Origin: Anolis carolinensis
Taxonomy: Eukaryota
Assembly: GCF_035594765.1 (NCBI RefSeq)
Contig: NW_026943818.1
Location: forward strand, 20,038,724-20,102,723
Length of the DNA: 64,000 nt
Direction of reading: 5' to 3'
The translations under genes and the position numbers were made by a program. This document shows positions 12,724 through 26,162 of this stretch, piece by piece. Each line of letters begins with the position of its first letter. Positions within the stretch are counted from its first letter, which is position 1. The notes below the pieces were generated by a model. It was given only the letters and a program-made list of their open reading frames with translations, had not been told where the DNA came from and did no database searches.

Positions 12724-14440
12724 TTATTATATATTAAATGTAATATTACTAATAATATTACCATATAATGATTTAGTACAAAATAGTAATTTAATGCTTA
12801 TATTGTGATATGCTAATAATATATTGTATGTTCATTTGATTTGTAAACCTCTCTGAGTCCCCTTCGGGGTGAGAAGAGCGGGATATAAATGTAATAAATA
12901 ATAATAATAATTTATTATATATTAAATGTAATATTACTAATAATATTACCATATAATGATATAGTACAATACAGTAATTTAATGCTTATATTGTGCTATG
13001 CTAATAATATATTGTATTATTATATTAAATATATTGTACATTTGATTTGTAAGCCGCTCTGAGTCCTCTTTGGGGTGAGAAGAGTGGGATATAAATGTAA
13101 TAAATAATAAACCATATAATGATATAGTACAATATACTAATTAAATGCTTATATTGTGCTATGCTAATAATATATTGTATGTACATTTGATTTGTAAGCC
13201 CCTCTGAGTCCTCTTTGGGGTGAGGAGAGCGGGATATAAATGTAATAAATAATAATAATAATACATTATATGAATAATAATACAATATAATAATATTAAT
13301 TATTTATTATATATTAAATGTAATATTACTAATAAAATTACCATATAATGATATAGTACAATACAGTAATTTAATGCTTATATTGTGCTATGCTCATAAT
13401 ATTTTCTATGTTCATTTGATTTGTAAGCCGCTCTGAGTCCTCTTTGGGGTGAGAAGAGCGGGATATAAATGTAATAAATAATAATAATAATAATTTATTA
13501 TATATTAAATGTAATATTACTAATAATATTACCATATAATGATATAGTACAATATAGTAATTTAATGCTTATATTGTGCTATGCTCATAATATATTCTAT
13601 GTTCATTTGATTTGTAAGCCACTCTGAGTCCTCTTTGAAGTGAGAAGAGCGGGATATAAATGTAATAAATAATAATAATAATAATTTATTATATATTAAA
13701 TGTAATATTACTAATAATATTACCATATAATGATATAGTACAATACAGTAATTTAATGCTTATATTGTGCTATGCTCATAATATATTCTATGTTCATTTG
13801 ATTTGTAAGCCGCTCTGAGTCCTCTTTGGGGTGAGAAGAGCGGGATATAAATGTAATAAATAATAATAATAATAATTTATTATATATTAAATGTAATATT
13901 ACTAATAATATTACCATATAATGATATAGTACAATACAGTAATTTAATGCTTATATTGTGCTATGCTCATAATATATTCTATGTTCATTTGATTTGTAAG
14001 CCGCTCTGAGTCCTCTTTGAAGTGAGAAGAGCAGGATATAAATGTAATAAATAATAAACCATATAATGATATAGTACAATATAGTAATTTAATGCTTATA
14101 TTGTGCTATGCTAATAATATATTGTATGTACATTTGATTTGTAAGCCCCTCTGAGTCCTCTTTGGGGTGAGGAGAGCGGTATATAAATGTAATAAATAAT
14201 AATAATAATACATTATATGAATAATAATACAATATAATAATATTAATTATTTATTATATATTAAATGTAATATTACTAATAATATTACCATATAATGATA
14301 TAGTACAATACAGTAATTTAATGCTTATATTGTGCTATGCTCATAATATATTCTATGTTCATTTGATTTGTAAGCCGCTCTGAGTCCTCTTTGGAGTGAG
14401 AAGAGCGGGATATAAATGTAATAAATAACAATAATAATAA
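11735..14440. repeat. Tandem array of an AT-rich module ending in an L2-type 3' tail (~16 units, ~130-240 bp)
   Basis: Repeated ...gtaagccgctctgagtcctctttggggtgagaagagcgggatataaatgtaataaat. Confidence 0.9.
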
Positions 14441-14559
14441 TATAACCCAAAACATCATGGGAGAAAATCCCACAATATCTGTTTTGACCTGGGTTATCTG
14501 CTATATATTCCAGTTCAGAAAATGTGAGGTTTTCTTCAGCGGTGTGGAGGAGGCCCGAG

Positions 14560-14790
14560 ACAGGCCCTCTAACCCAGGATCTGCTTTTGGAGTAAGGCAC
14601 GCCGCGGGCAGCCCCGGTTTGTCGCGAGTGCGCAGGCGCAGGGGTCCGCCTCGCTTCAGGCAGCGCGGCGGGCAGCCCTCCGCGCGTGGCCCGCTATATA
14701 AGCGTGCGCGGGGTCCTGCGGCGCTCGCTCGCGCTCGGGGAGGCTGAGGCGACGGCAGTAGCGGGAGAAGGAGGCGCAGCAGCAGCAACG
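14560..14790 (+). promoter_or_regulatory. EIF4H CpG-island promoter/5'UTR
   Basis: High CpG content, NRF1-type TGCGCAGGCGCA at 14629-14640, TATATAAG at 14695-14702. Confidence 0.75.
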
Positions 14791-14849
14791 ATGGCGGATT
14801 TCGACTCTTACGACGATCGGGCCTACAGCAGCTTCGGAGGCGGCCGCGG
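14791..14849 (+). CDS. EIF4H: eIF4H exon 1 (MADFDSYDDRAYSSFGGGR)
   Basis: Recognisable eIF4H N-terminus, strong Kozak context, donor GTgagg. The 7 exons sum to 765 nt (254 aa). Confidence 0.96.
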
Positions 14850-15878
14850 GTGAGGAGGCGAGGCGGAGGGGGCGCCACGCCAGGCCGCGGTGGGCGGAGG
14901 CAGGCCTGGCCGGGGGGAGGCGGCTAGGCCTCGACGCGAGGAGCGGGGATTGTGATGCTGGAGGAGGCCCTTCATTTTCACCAGAGGGCCCTTTGGCCTC
15001 TTCGCCCAAAGGAAAACCCATATATCCCAGCCCTATATCCCAGGATCTCATCCCAGGCTTTCTGCGTTCAACCGGATTATATTAGTCCTCACTGCGAGAT
15101 AATCTGAGATAAACAAAAAACCTTGGTTCAGATCCTGGGATATAGAGCCTGTCTGGAAGGGTCCCCAGTCGCCTTTGGCTCTTGGATGCCTTTGGACACG
15201 CCTTCCCATTAATATGGTTGCTTTCAGGGCCCTTCCACATAGCCATATAACCCAGAATATCAAGGCAGAAAATCCCACAATATTTGCTTTCAACTGGCTT
15301 GTTTGAGTCCATACTGCGATTTTGGGATTTTATTTAGATGTGTGGAAGGAGCCTTGGTGGATCTGTAACTGCTTAAAGTTGAATGGATGAATGGCATAAG
15401 CACTTTGCATTGTTTTAAACTTGTATATTGTATTTTATGACTATTTTATGACTGTTTTAACTGTTTTAATAGTTTATTGTATATCCGTGTAACGGCATCA
15501 ATTGCCACTTGTAAGCCGCCCTGAGTCCCCTCGGGTGAGAAGGGCGGGGTATAAATAATTGAAATAAATAAATAAATAAATAAATAATAAATAAAAGGAG
15601 ATTGGAGTACATAGATCAGATTGGGGTGCAGTGTAGGGGAGATGAGGATAGTTGATGCATACATTGGCACCAAGCTGGCAAATACCTGTATATATTTTTT
15701 TTTATTTTAAGTGTACCAGATGTATGTTGTATTTCATGTTTGTATTGTCTGTGCTTGATAAGGCCAACTGGCTAATCAATAAATTGTTGTTGTTGTTGGA
15801 TCTGTAACTGGTTAAGTCAGGGGTCCTCAAATTTTTTAAACAGGGGGCCAGTTCACAATAATATTAATAATAATAATA

Positions 15879-16856
15879 ATGACAGAATATGTAAAGCAAA
15901 GTGAAGAACCTGCTTTGATTGAAGTCAAAAATCAGAAACTCCTCAAAGCGCAGCAGACAAAAAACCACTACAAGAAAACTGCATTACAAACTAGAGCTGA
16001 CAGCTGGCACAACAAAACACTGCATGGAAAGTTCCTTGACAAAATTGAAGGAAAAGCTGATAAGGAGAAGACCTGGCTCTGGCTCACGAATGGGACCCTG
16101 AAGAAGGAGACAGAAGGCCTGATCCTTGCAGCCCAGGAGCAAGACATCAGAACAAAGGCAATCCAGGCCAAGATCGAAAAATCAGCTGATGACCCAAAAT
16201 GCAGACTGTGCAAGGAAACTGACGAAACCATTGATCCTATCCTCAGCTGCTGTAAGAAAATCGCATAGACAGACTACAAACAGAGGCACAACTATGTGGC
16301 CCAAATGATCCATTGGAACTTATGCCTCAAGGACCACCTCCCAGCAGCAAAGAACTGGTGGGATCACAAACCTGCAAAAGTATTGGAAAATGGGCACGCA
16401 AAGATACTGTGGGACTTCCGAATCCAGACTGACAAAGTTCTGGAATACAACACACCAGACATCACAGTTGTGGAAAAGAAAAAGGTTTGGATCATTGATG
16501 TTGCCATCCCAGGTGACAGTCACATTGAGGAAAAACAACAGGAAAAACTCAGCTGCTATCAGGACCTCAGGATTGTACTTCAAAGACTCTGGCAGAAACC
16601 AGTGAAGGTGGTCCCAGTGGTGATTGTGCCATGCCAAAAGATCTCAGCCGGCATTTGGAAACAATAGGCTTGACAAAATTACGATCTGCCAACTGCAAAA
16701 GGCCACCCTGCTGGGATCTGCACGCATCATCCAAAAATACATCACACAGTCCTAAATACTTGGGAAGTGTTTGACTTGTGATTTTGTGATATGAAATCCA
16801 GCATGTCTATCTTGTTTGCTGTGTTATACTGTGTCCTTCTGTCAATAATAATAATA
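15879..16856 (+). mobile_element. 5'-truncated R4/Dong-clade copy in EIF4H intron 1
   Basis: Near-identical to 8360-9320; flanked by (TAA)n on both sides; in-frame stop at 16266-16268. Confidence 0.88.
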
Positions 16857-18157
16857 AAGAGGGTTGGAAGAGATCCCTTGGGCCATTTAGTCCAAAGCCC
16901 TTCTCAAATGAAGCTTTATCTCCATTCTTTTTTCCACAACAAGCCACATTTTCCAAAATCCCATTCTCACGGGGACTGAAAGTGAAGTGTAGTCCTCTTA
17001 ATAGGTACAGACACCACAGGGGTATTCTCCTTTCCTTATGTGATCCAAAACTAGTGATGTAAGGTCAGCCCCCTCCCTTTTGGCTTTCAGAAGGAAAGTG
17101 AAGACCTGGCTCTGGGATCAAGCTTTTGGATAACTGTGCAGTGCAAGAATGGAAGTCTAAAATGTATAATGATCTTGGAATGGCTTTAGACCATGATTTT
17201 TGGTTGGTGTGATTTTTAACTATTGTAATGTTTAAATTTTAAATAATTTAATATTTTAAGCTTTGATTTTATATGTGTTTTGGGGCATCAAATTGTGCCA
17301 TGTGTAAGCCGCCATGAGTCCCCTCTGGGGTGAGGAAGGCTGGGTATAAATGGGGCAAATAAATAAATAAATAAATTTGACTTTAAATTTCCCTTTGTTC
17401 CGACAAGGCCCTTCCAGACAGTCTCTATATCCCAGGATCTGATCCCGGGTTTTCTGCTTTAAACTGGATTGTATGAGCCCACACTGCCAGATAATCTGAG
17501 ATACACAGTAATGTAAGGGTTTTCTGTATAAGCCAATGGATGCATATATATAAGGGCTGGACCTGGGATGTCTTTTGTTTTGATACAGACGTTGTGCTTT
17601 GATATTCTGAGAGAAATTCAGGAAAGAGGACACAATTGGAGTTAAAAGTGGCTTTGATGTGCGGGTGGAGGTGCCATTTTTGGGAGGGAGAAGCTGGTTC
17701 GCAGCGTCCGAAAGGCGAGGTGATATTAAATTTAGACTGGATTGATTCTCCTGCCCAGTAGGGGCAGTATGTGAAAGGAGCAGGAGTCTGCAGAATAGAA
17801 TAATTTGGGTTGTTTGAAGATTTGCTGAGATACTGAGATAGATGTTATCCTTCCGTAAGCAGAGTTTTTGTAAAAGCAGTGGAGTTGTTAAATGGAACAG
17901 GGAGTGTATCCGTTCTCTGAAGTACTTAGAACCAGGAATGGGTTAGATTTGGATTTTGTTATTGTTGTTTTATGTTGGAAAAGCTGGATTTTCTTGTGCG
18001 TATTTAATATGATTATTTGGAACAGGACCAGAGTCTAAATATGAAATTCATTTTGTGTCATATACACCTGAAACATACATCCTGCAGGTAATTTTACGCA
18101 AGAACTACTGCTCTTCCTCACTTTGTCTAAAGTGTGTCATCCCACTGTTGTCAACAG

Positions 18158-18342
18158 GTCTCGCGGTGGTTCTGGCCTTGGCCCCCGTAAACAGAAAGAG
18201 CTTCCAACAGAGCCCCCCTTCACTGCATATGTTGGCAACCTTCCCTTCAACACAGTCCAGGGAGACATTGATGCCATCTTTAAGGATCTCAGCGTAAGGA
18301 GCGTCCGGTTAGTCAGAGACAAAGAGACAGATAAATTTAAAG
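18158..18342 (+). CDS. EIF4H: eIF4H exon 2 (RRM start: [17 protein letters not shown]...DKFK)
   Basis: RNP2 motif, AG/GT boundaries, phase consistent. Confidence 0.96.
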
Positions 18343-19514
18343 GTGAGTTCTTTCTGTATGTTCTCTTCATGCGAGGTTTCTGTTTCCTCGTTCCTTATCA
18401 CCATCCCACCACATATGTGTAAAGGTTTCCTATTTCACAACAGTTATGCCAACGTAGTTCTGATGTACGTAAAAGGTTTATTCTTTTACGGATTGAGTTG
18501 CTCTCCTGCCTTTCCTCTGGGATGGAAGCCAAGCAAGGGATCCAGAGATACAACCTGTGTGGGGATGTCCCAAGGGGTTACAGAAGATAGAGAAGTACTG
18601 AGGATTTCCTTAGGGAACCCAAGTACAGACTTCAGCATTCCCAGTGGCAATAGATAGTAGGGTAAGGTGGATGGCATATATGTATGGTTTATTTATTTAT
18701 TTACAGTATTTATATTCCGCCCTTCTTACCCCTAATTAGCCTCCCCACATATAAGAGGTACCTAAATTTCCTACTTGATAGATGCAACTATCTTTCGGGT
18801 TGCTTAGGTCAGCAACGAGCAGGGGCTATATTTTATTTTTAATTGTTGGGTGCTCACCCTCTTGGTCAGAATGATTTATTGCAGCTGGCTGCTAACCAGC
18901 CTGCGCCACAGCCCAGCTCCCAAAATGCAAGCATTGGAGGTCCCATGTTTTTTAACAAGTAGAAATTGCCCTCAAGCAGATCTGGTGATTGCTCCCTGTC
19001 ACTGCTTCCCTATGAAACACATTTGCAAAACCTCCAGCAATTGTTAACACAAACCATGGATTGTCGAAGGCTTTCATGGCCAGAATCACCGGGTTGCTGT
19101 GAGTTTTCCAGGCTGTATGGCCATGTTTAAGAAGCATTTTCTCCTGATGTTTCACCCACATCTATGGCAGGCATCCTCAAAGGTTGTGAGGACTGTTGGA
19201 AACTAGGCAAGTGATTTAAATTTTCTATAATTTTACTTCCTAAAAGAGGGAGATGGATTGAAATGCGTGCTGGCAAGAGGCCTGCCCCTGAAAATCATGT
19301 CCAAAGCAATCAAGAAAATATAAGGAATGGAAAGCAAGCATTTTCAAAAGGGATTGAACAGATTTTTTTAAAATGTCAAACCACTGTACTGTAAACCAGG
19401 ACTGGATTCTGAAGTAACTCAAGAATTTGGTTTTATATTCTGCCTGACATGAGCAGAGTTGAGTTTAAAGCTTAATCAAGAGCCAAGGTTTTGACTTCTA
19501 TTTTTAGTCAATAG

Positions 19515-19655
<141 letters not shown>

Positions 19656-19703
19656 TAATTCTCTCTGGCCAGCAGTCAGCTCCCTTTCCTTCCTGACCTA
19701 CAG

Positions 19704-19803
19704 CTTATGGGCGACCGATCCCTCCGAGTGGACATCGCCGAAGGCAGGAAGCAAGATAAAGGCGGTTTTGGCTTCAGGAAAGGTGGCGGCCCGGAAGACA
19801 GAG
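19704..19803 (+). CDS. EIF4H: eIF4H exon 4 ([33 protein letters not shown])
   Basis: Conserved peptide, AG/GT boundaries. Confidence 0.95.
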
Positions 19804-19854
19804 GTGAGGTTTTGCATGGTTACATCTTTTGTACATTGCTAACTGTAATAGATA

Positions 19855-20722
19855 GTTGTGAATTTTCTGGGCTGTAAGGCCATGTCCTAGAAGCATTCTC
19901 TCCTGTAGTTTCATCCACATCTATGGCAGGCATCCTTAGAGATTGTGAGGTCTGTTGGGAACTTGGCAAGTGGGGTTTATATCTCTGTGGAATAATGTCC
20001 AGGGTGGGAGAAAGAACTTTTGTCTGTTTGAGACAAGTGAGAATGTTGCCATTGACCAGCTTGATTAGCATTGAATAGTCTTGCAGCTTCAAAGCCTGGC
20101 TACTTCCTGCCTGTGGGAATCCTTTGTTGAGAGGTGTTAGCTGGCCCTGATTGTTTCCTGTCTGGAATTCTCCTGTTCTCTGAGTGTTGTTCTTTATTTA
20201 CTGTCCTGATTTTAGAGTTTTGTAATACAGTAGAGTTTCACTTATCCAACATTCGCTTATCCAACGTTCTGGATTATCCAAAGCATTTTTGTAGTCAATG
20301 TTTTCAATACATCGTGATATTTTGGTGCTAAATTTGTAAATACAGTAATTACTACGTAGAATTACTGCGTATTGAACTACTTTTTCTGACAAATTTGCTG
20401 TATAACATGATGTTTTGGTGCTTAATTTGAAAATCATAACCTAATTTGATGTTTAATAGGCTTTTCCTTAATCTCTCCTTATTATCCAACATATTCGCTT
20501 ATCCAACGTTCTGCTGGCTCGTTTATGTTGGATAAGTGAGACTCTACTGTACTGGTAGCCAGATTTTGTTCATGTTCATGGTTTCCTTCTTTCTGTTGAC
20601 ATTGTCCACATGCTTGTGGATTTCAGTGGCTTCTCTGTGTCGTCTGACATGGTGGTTGTGAGAGTGGTCCAACATTTCTGTGTTCTCAAATAATTTTCTG
20701 TGTCCAGGTTGGTTCATCAAGT
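19855..20722 (-). mobile_element. Penelope-like element fragment, interrupted by a MITE
   Basis: Minus strand KSAIAEHLMNQPGH..FENTEMLDH..HVR..REA.EI matches the GIY-YIG C-terminal region. Related pieces at 19055-19215, 36830-37145 and 61443-62030. Confidence 0.7.
20228..20549. mobile_element. Tc1/mariner-type MITE (~320 bp), one of 11 copies; others at 23025-23344, 26426-26733, 31198-31515, 48382-48704, 52179-52498, 54801-55122, 55593-55899, 57295-57613, 59507-59829 and ~60155-60461
   Basis: TIR cagtagagtctcacttatccaa / ttggataagtgagactctactg with TA TSDs; near-identical internal sequence in all copies. Confidence 0.88.
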
Positions 20723-21833
20723 GCTCTGCTATGGCTGACTTTATGTGTGTGTATGTGACAGGAAGGGCCAGTGAATGTACAGTGATTGAATGACCTGAAT
20801 TCCTCCAAGGACCATGGAAAAGATAATGCGATAGCCATGCACAGAGCCAGGCTTAGGGAGGAGGCAACACAGGTTGATGCTCTTGAGACCTTCACTGGAT
20901 CGGATAGAAGGGTGGCGGCAGAGGAAGAAGCTCTTCCGTTCGTCCTAGAACGATCTACAAAGGAGTGCTAAGGACTGGCCCTTTGGAGTCCCATAGTAAA
21001 AAGAGAAACCTGGACTTGAACATGAATCAAGTGGAAATAGGCCCATATTAGTTAATAGGGGGCTGTCACATCCTTTCTGGTCATTCCAGGCATTAATGCA
21101 GTAGGCCTACAACTCCCAGAAATCCCAGCTAATTCACCAGCTGTTAGGATTTCTGCGAGTTGAAGGCCAAAACATCGAAGGATCCACAGGTTGAGAACCA
21201 CTGCATTAATGGAATCAAAAGGTTTCAAAGTGCCGACAGGATTAAATCTTGCTAAATGTTAGGAAGACATTTCTGAGAGTGGAAAACATTGCCTTGGGAG
21301 ATCAACAGACTTTTCAGTTTATTGGTTTTTTTTAAAGCAGTGGTTGGATCAATCCCTATGAAGCGTCCTGCAATAATGGGTTTTGTGCATCACCAGACAG
21401 TTGAAAGAGATGACCTTTGTTGGGGGTCCCTTCTGAGTCTTCAACTGAAATGTAATTCCTGTCCAGTTCCTGAGAGGGACACCCTTTGCATTTGAACTGG
21501 CTTGGCTCTGTCAGCATCTCCCTGTACATTAAACTGGAGAGGATTTATTATCCTTGTTTATGCACTTTATTAAAGCTTTGGATATTGTGTTTTATATGCC
21601 CGACCCCTTTTATCTCCAGTGGCTGATGCTGTATTATTACTCATTTGTTCTGAATTTAGGTGTTTTATTGTATTTTTAAAATGTTTAAATTGTTTATTTG
21701 ATTTGATTTATGTTATTACTGTTTTTGTTTTGATATTCGTTGTAATTGCTTTATTCTGTTTTGTTTTGGGCATCGCCCCACGTTAGCCGCCCCCAAGTCC
21801 CTTCGGGGACATGGTGGCAGGATAGAAAAATAA

Positions 21834-21868
<35 letters not shown>

Positions 21869-22496
21869 CATCCTTTCTGCTTTCTTGGCTTATAAAGGAG
21901 CAAAGAGATGGCAGAATTTGACATGACTTGGAACCTCAAGTGGCATATTTAAACAACATTTTTGAGGCATTGTAGTATTCTGAATAATTTTATTTCAAGC
22001 AAGCCGTTTGCATCTGCACAGGCTTGTAAGATAAGCATGGCATATCCTCAGGCTTTGTTTCTAAAATAGTACTTAACAGGTAAGGCATTGCCTCTTAGGA
22101 GCAAAGAAGCCTCTTCAAAAACAAAACCCTTAACTCCTGGGGACTCCTGGTTATTTTAATGAACTTAAATTCATAGTTGTGTGGCTCTATCTTTTTTTCT
22201 TATGGACTTGAATAGTCAAGTTGAGAAAATTCTGATTTCTTTGAGTCATTGTTCTGTCCATAGAAAGTAGAAAGATAATATTGCAAGGCGATATTTTAAA
22301 AGGGAGACCGGGAGGAAAAAGTCATTGGTAAACCAGCTAGAGATCTACTAATAGATCTGTTCCCTTTGCCCTTTTTCTAAGTTTGGTTATGAGTCTCCTC
22401 TCTTGTAAACAAAGGCAGTGAAGTGAGTTTAAAACCCCTCTCCCACTGCTCTTCTACAGCAGGCAAATTGATAGTGTAAATATAGGGTGATGTTAC

Positions 22497-22541
<45 letters not shown>

Positions 22542-22552
22542 TATATACAATA

Positions 22553-22994
22553 CTAGCTTTGCCCGGCCACGCATTGCTGTGGCTTATGGGAATCCTTTGT
22601 TGGCCAGGTGGAATAGCAGTGAATAGCCTTGCAGTCTCAAAGCCTGGCCGTTTTCTGGAGTAGCAGGAGCTTTTTGTTGTATAAACGTAGAGGCATGGAT
22701 GAGGGGTTGTGCTGCCAAGTTTAGTGTTTCTGGGATGTGTAGTTTTGTTGTTTTGTCCTAGGCCGAAATTTCATTACCCTTATATATCAATCAATCAATT
22801 AATGCTCTGACCAATGGTCATATGCATTTACAGAGACAACATCAAACAAACATCTATACAAAACACTGTAAAATCCAACACTTAAAAGTAGGATGCAAGC
22901 AGGATAAAACAGAACATGTAAACTATACATTGTGAGGTGCAGCAGCACAAGTGCAACATGTGCTGGGAACTACCCTTATATATATATATATAGA
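22553..22994 (-). mobile_element. Non-autonomous Helitron
   Basis: On the minus strand: 5' TC, subterminal GC hairpin and 3' CTAG. Same termini as 23400-23938. Confidence 0.65.
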
Positions 22995-23399
22995 TAATTT
23001 ACAATAATATGTAATATTATAATACAGTAGAGTCTCACTTATCCAAGGCTCACTTATCCAACATTCTGGATTATCCAACACATTTTTGTAGTCAATGTTT
23101 TCAATATATCATGATATTTTGGTGCTAAATTAGTAAATACAGTAATTACTACATAGCATTAATGTGTAATGAACTACTTTTTCTGTCAAATTTGTTGTAT
23201 AACATGATGTTTTGGTGCTTAATTTGTAAAATCACCTATTTTGATGTTTAATAGGCTTTTTCTTAATCTCTCCTTGTTATCCAACATATTCACTTATCCG
23301 ACGTTCTGCTGGCCCGTTTATGTTGGATAAGTGAGACTCTACTGTATATTGTATATGTATATAATATTAATATTATTTTGTAATACAATATAATACTAA

Positions 23400-23938
23400 T
23401 CTATATATATAAAAGAGTGATGGCATCAGGGCAGCAGACAAAACAACAAAACTACAGGCCCCCCAACCTCGAAATTTGACAACACAACCCATCATCCACG
23501 CCTCTAGGTTGATACGACAAAAAGAAAAGAAAAGTAAAGTCCTAATTAGAGGGAGAGGAATAATTGTTTTTATCCAATTGCTGCCAGTTAGAGGGCTAAG
23601 CTCCGCCCACTTGGTCTCCTAGCAACGCACTCAGCCCAGGAGACAGGCACAAGAGTTTGGAGAGACCCCTAAGGGCCATCCAGCCCAACCCTTTCTACTA
23701 TGCAGCAGGACACAATCCAAGCATTCCCAACACATCGACAACGTATAAATACTATACAATACTACACAGGGACATAGACCCCCTCTACCCTCACCACTTT
23801 CACAGTACACAAACAACCAAATGAATACTAAACATAAAGACAACCATACAACAGACATTCAATACCACCACTATCTCAACAAGTTCTCACCAACACCACC
23901 AGACAACGCCACAGCAACGCGTGGCCGGGCATAGCTAG
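23400..23938 (+). mobile_element. Non-autonomous Helitron
   Basis: 5' TCtatatatataaaagagtgatgg; 3' gccacagcaacgcgtggccgggcatagCTAG; inserted between A and T with no TSD. Confidence 0.8.
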
Positions 23939-24442
23939 TAGTACAATATAGTAATGTTAATTATATATTATATATTACTTGCAATGTTATTAATAATATT
24001 ACAATATATAGATATAGTACAATATGGTAATTTATTGCCACTATTGTGCTATGCTAATAATATAATATTGTATGTAAATTTGATTTGTAAGCCGCTCTGA
24101 ATCTCCTTTGGGGTGAGAAGGGCGGGATATAAATGTATTTAAATAAATAAATAAATCTATTAGGCATGGCTGTGAAGAATTTAGCTTAATATAGTGGTTG
24201 AGCCCAAAGGCCACAGTCATCCTGCAGTGTTTGCAACTCATGCCGCCATTTTGGGATTGTTTACCTCTTGCATGTCTGGTTCCGCTCGCAAGATTTGGCT
24301 TCGAAACAGCCATTAAAATACGTCACTGTGTGGCTCTCGTCCTTTTTCTCTGTATCACAGTCTTGTGTTGTCACTATGGAACCTTCTGGCCCTTCCCGCT
24401 TTCCCTGTTGACCCATGCTTGCAATGTTTGCTTTCTTTCTAG

Positions 24443-24508
24443 GCATGGGCAGTGGTCCGCGGGAATCGCGAGGAGGTGGATGGGATTCCAGAGATGACTT
24501 CAATTCTG
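24443..24508 (+). CDS. EIF4H: eIF4H exon 5, symmetric cassette exon (GMGSGPRESRGGGWDSRDDFNS)
   Basis: 66 nt, phase 1/1, weak donor GTagca. The equivalent exon is alternatively spliced in mammals. Confidence 0.9.
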
Positions 24509-24659
24509 GTAGCAGTATTTTCTACTTTTTCATATTTTTCGTCAATCTCTTCCATTCCCTCTTTCAGATGTGCCTCTCATGCTACTAGATGTGTATTTCC
24601 AGCAGAAAAAAAGTATTGATTTATAGCTTGCCTCTTTTCTACTTGTCTCTTAGCTCAGT

Positions 24660-25555
24660 CTGGCCATTCGCTAGCTCCCAGCCATATGCTTATTAGAACA
24701 AGAACACCACAAAGAGTGGTCATCATGGTTAAGCAAACTCGGTCACACAGTCAGCAAGATAGATTTTGCCCCACACGAGCTAATAAATTTCGGGGCTAAA
24801 GTGAGCTCAATTGTATACCAAAGAGCCCTCAACATTGCTGCACAAAATGATCTTATGATCATAGCGCAAGCTAGAGCCACTCCATACCTGGCCAAATTTA
24901 AATGCAATGTGGGCATGGAAACTTACCTCTTCTTGACTCTTCCATTATATATTAGAAAACTTTTTACCCGGGCAAGATTCGAGCAGGTCGACACTAAGTC
25001 CAAGTTAGGTAGACATCAGAATATCCCCTTTAAGAAGAGAACCTGTGGGTGTCGTGAGGTAGATGCAGAAGTGGAGGACTCAGAACATTTCTTTTTTAAA
25101 ATGCCCCTACTACACCAGGATTCGATCTCTCTATTTAGACCCTCTGCTGGAGAATCATACTCACTTAGAGAATAAGGAGAAATTGCATATCCTTCTACAG
25201 GGTTCAGATAAAAACTCTATTTTAATACTGGCCCTTTTTACACAAAAAGCGCTGGCCATTCGCGAGAAGATGGAAGCTGAGAGCTGATACATTATTGTCA
25301 CTAACAAAATCCAAACTTAAAATTTACTACGGACAAGACACTTGTTTTACTTACCCCTGTCCTTGTTCAAACCTTTCCTTAGGAAATTACTAATTTTTAA
25401 CCTTTTTACTCTGTATTTGTCTAGGAGTGGGTTATTAGGCCGCAGGTCGGGATGTTTTGTATCTTTACATGGTTTTATTGTATGTATGCGTAAGTGTGTA
25501 CGTATTGTATGTTTTACATGTTTTGATATGGTCAAAAGTGACTAATCAATAAAGA
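24660..25555 (+). mobile_element. LINE ORF2 3' remnant (C-terminal Cys/His region plus 3'UTR), clade uncertain
   Basis: RTCGC...EDSEHF..CPYY split by a frameshift, then a T-rich 3'UTR ending aatcaataaa. Confidence 0.6.
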
Positions 25556-25705
25556 ATTTTTGTTGTTGTTGCTAGTTTGTTGCTCTTAACCCTTTGGTGT
25601 CTTGGGAACCTCAGGTCCTGGCTTGGCCCTCCAAGAGCAGATGAGGCCCAGGGTTCCAAAGATGTCCCAGTTGCTGATGTTGGCTGTTGTCTTCCTCTTT
25701 TGCAG

Positions 25706-25855
25706 GCTTCAGAGATGACGACTTCCTGGGAGGCCGGGGCCGGACGCGTCCCGGAGACCGGCGAGGGGGCGCTCCCCCCATGGGAGGCACTGGCCGCTTC
25801 CGAGAGGGACCTCCCATGCGTGGATCTGCCATGGACTTCCGAGAGCCCACAGAAG
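25706..25855 (+). CDS. EIF4H: eIF4H exon 6 ([12 protein letters not shown]...MDFREPTE)
   Basis: Conserved peptide, AG/GT boundaries. Confidence 0.94.
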
Positions 25856-26162
25856 GTGCGTTCAACGTCTTCTTTCTCCCCTTGATGTTTGTATCCACAC
25901 TCGGTGAACCTTTGAGCATTTGTGAGCGCAGCCGCCGGCCTTTCATGTGCTGGCCTTCCCCTCCGTTTCCCTTCTTGCTCTTTTCCTGCTTCCTTTTGCT
26001 CTGCAAAGCCCCTTTCCCTCTCTGTTTCCAATTGGGATCTTCCAACTATGATTTGTTTATTTTAACTTACTATATACTTGAGTATAAGCCGACCCGAATA
26101 TAAGCCGAGGCACCTAATTTTAACACAAAAAAACTGGGAAAACATTGACTCCAGTATAAGCC

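Noticed and set aside
20760-21050. Purine-rich, coding-looking stretch in EIF4H intron 4
   Set aside because: No splice signals or recognisable motif. It may be an old TE ORF fragment but cannot be assigned by eye.
24509-25705. Intronic miRNA equivalent to human MIR590 in EIF4H
   Set aside because: No convincing pre-miRNA hairpin is visible, and the intron is mostly a LINE remnant.
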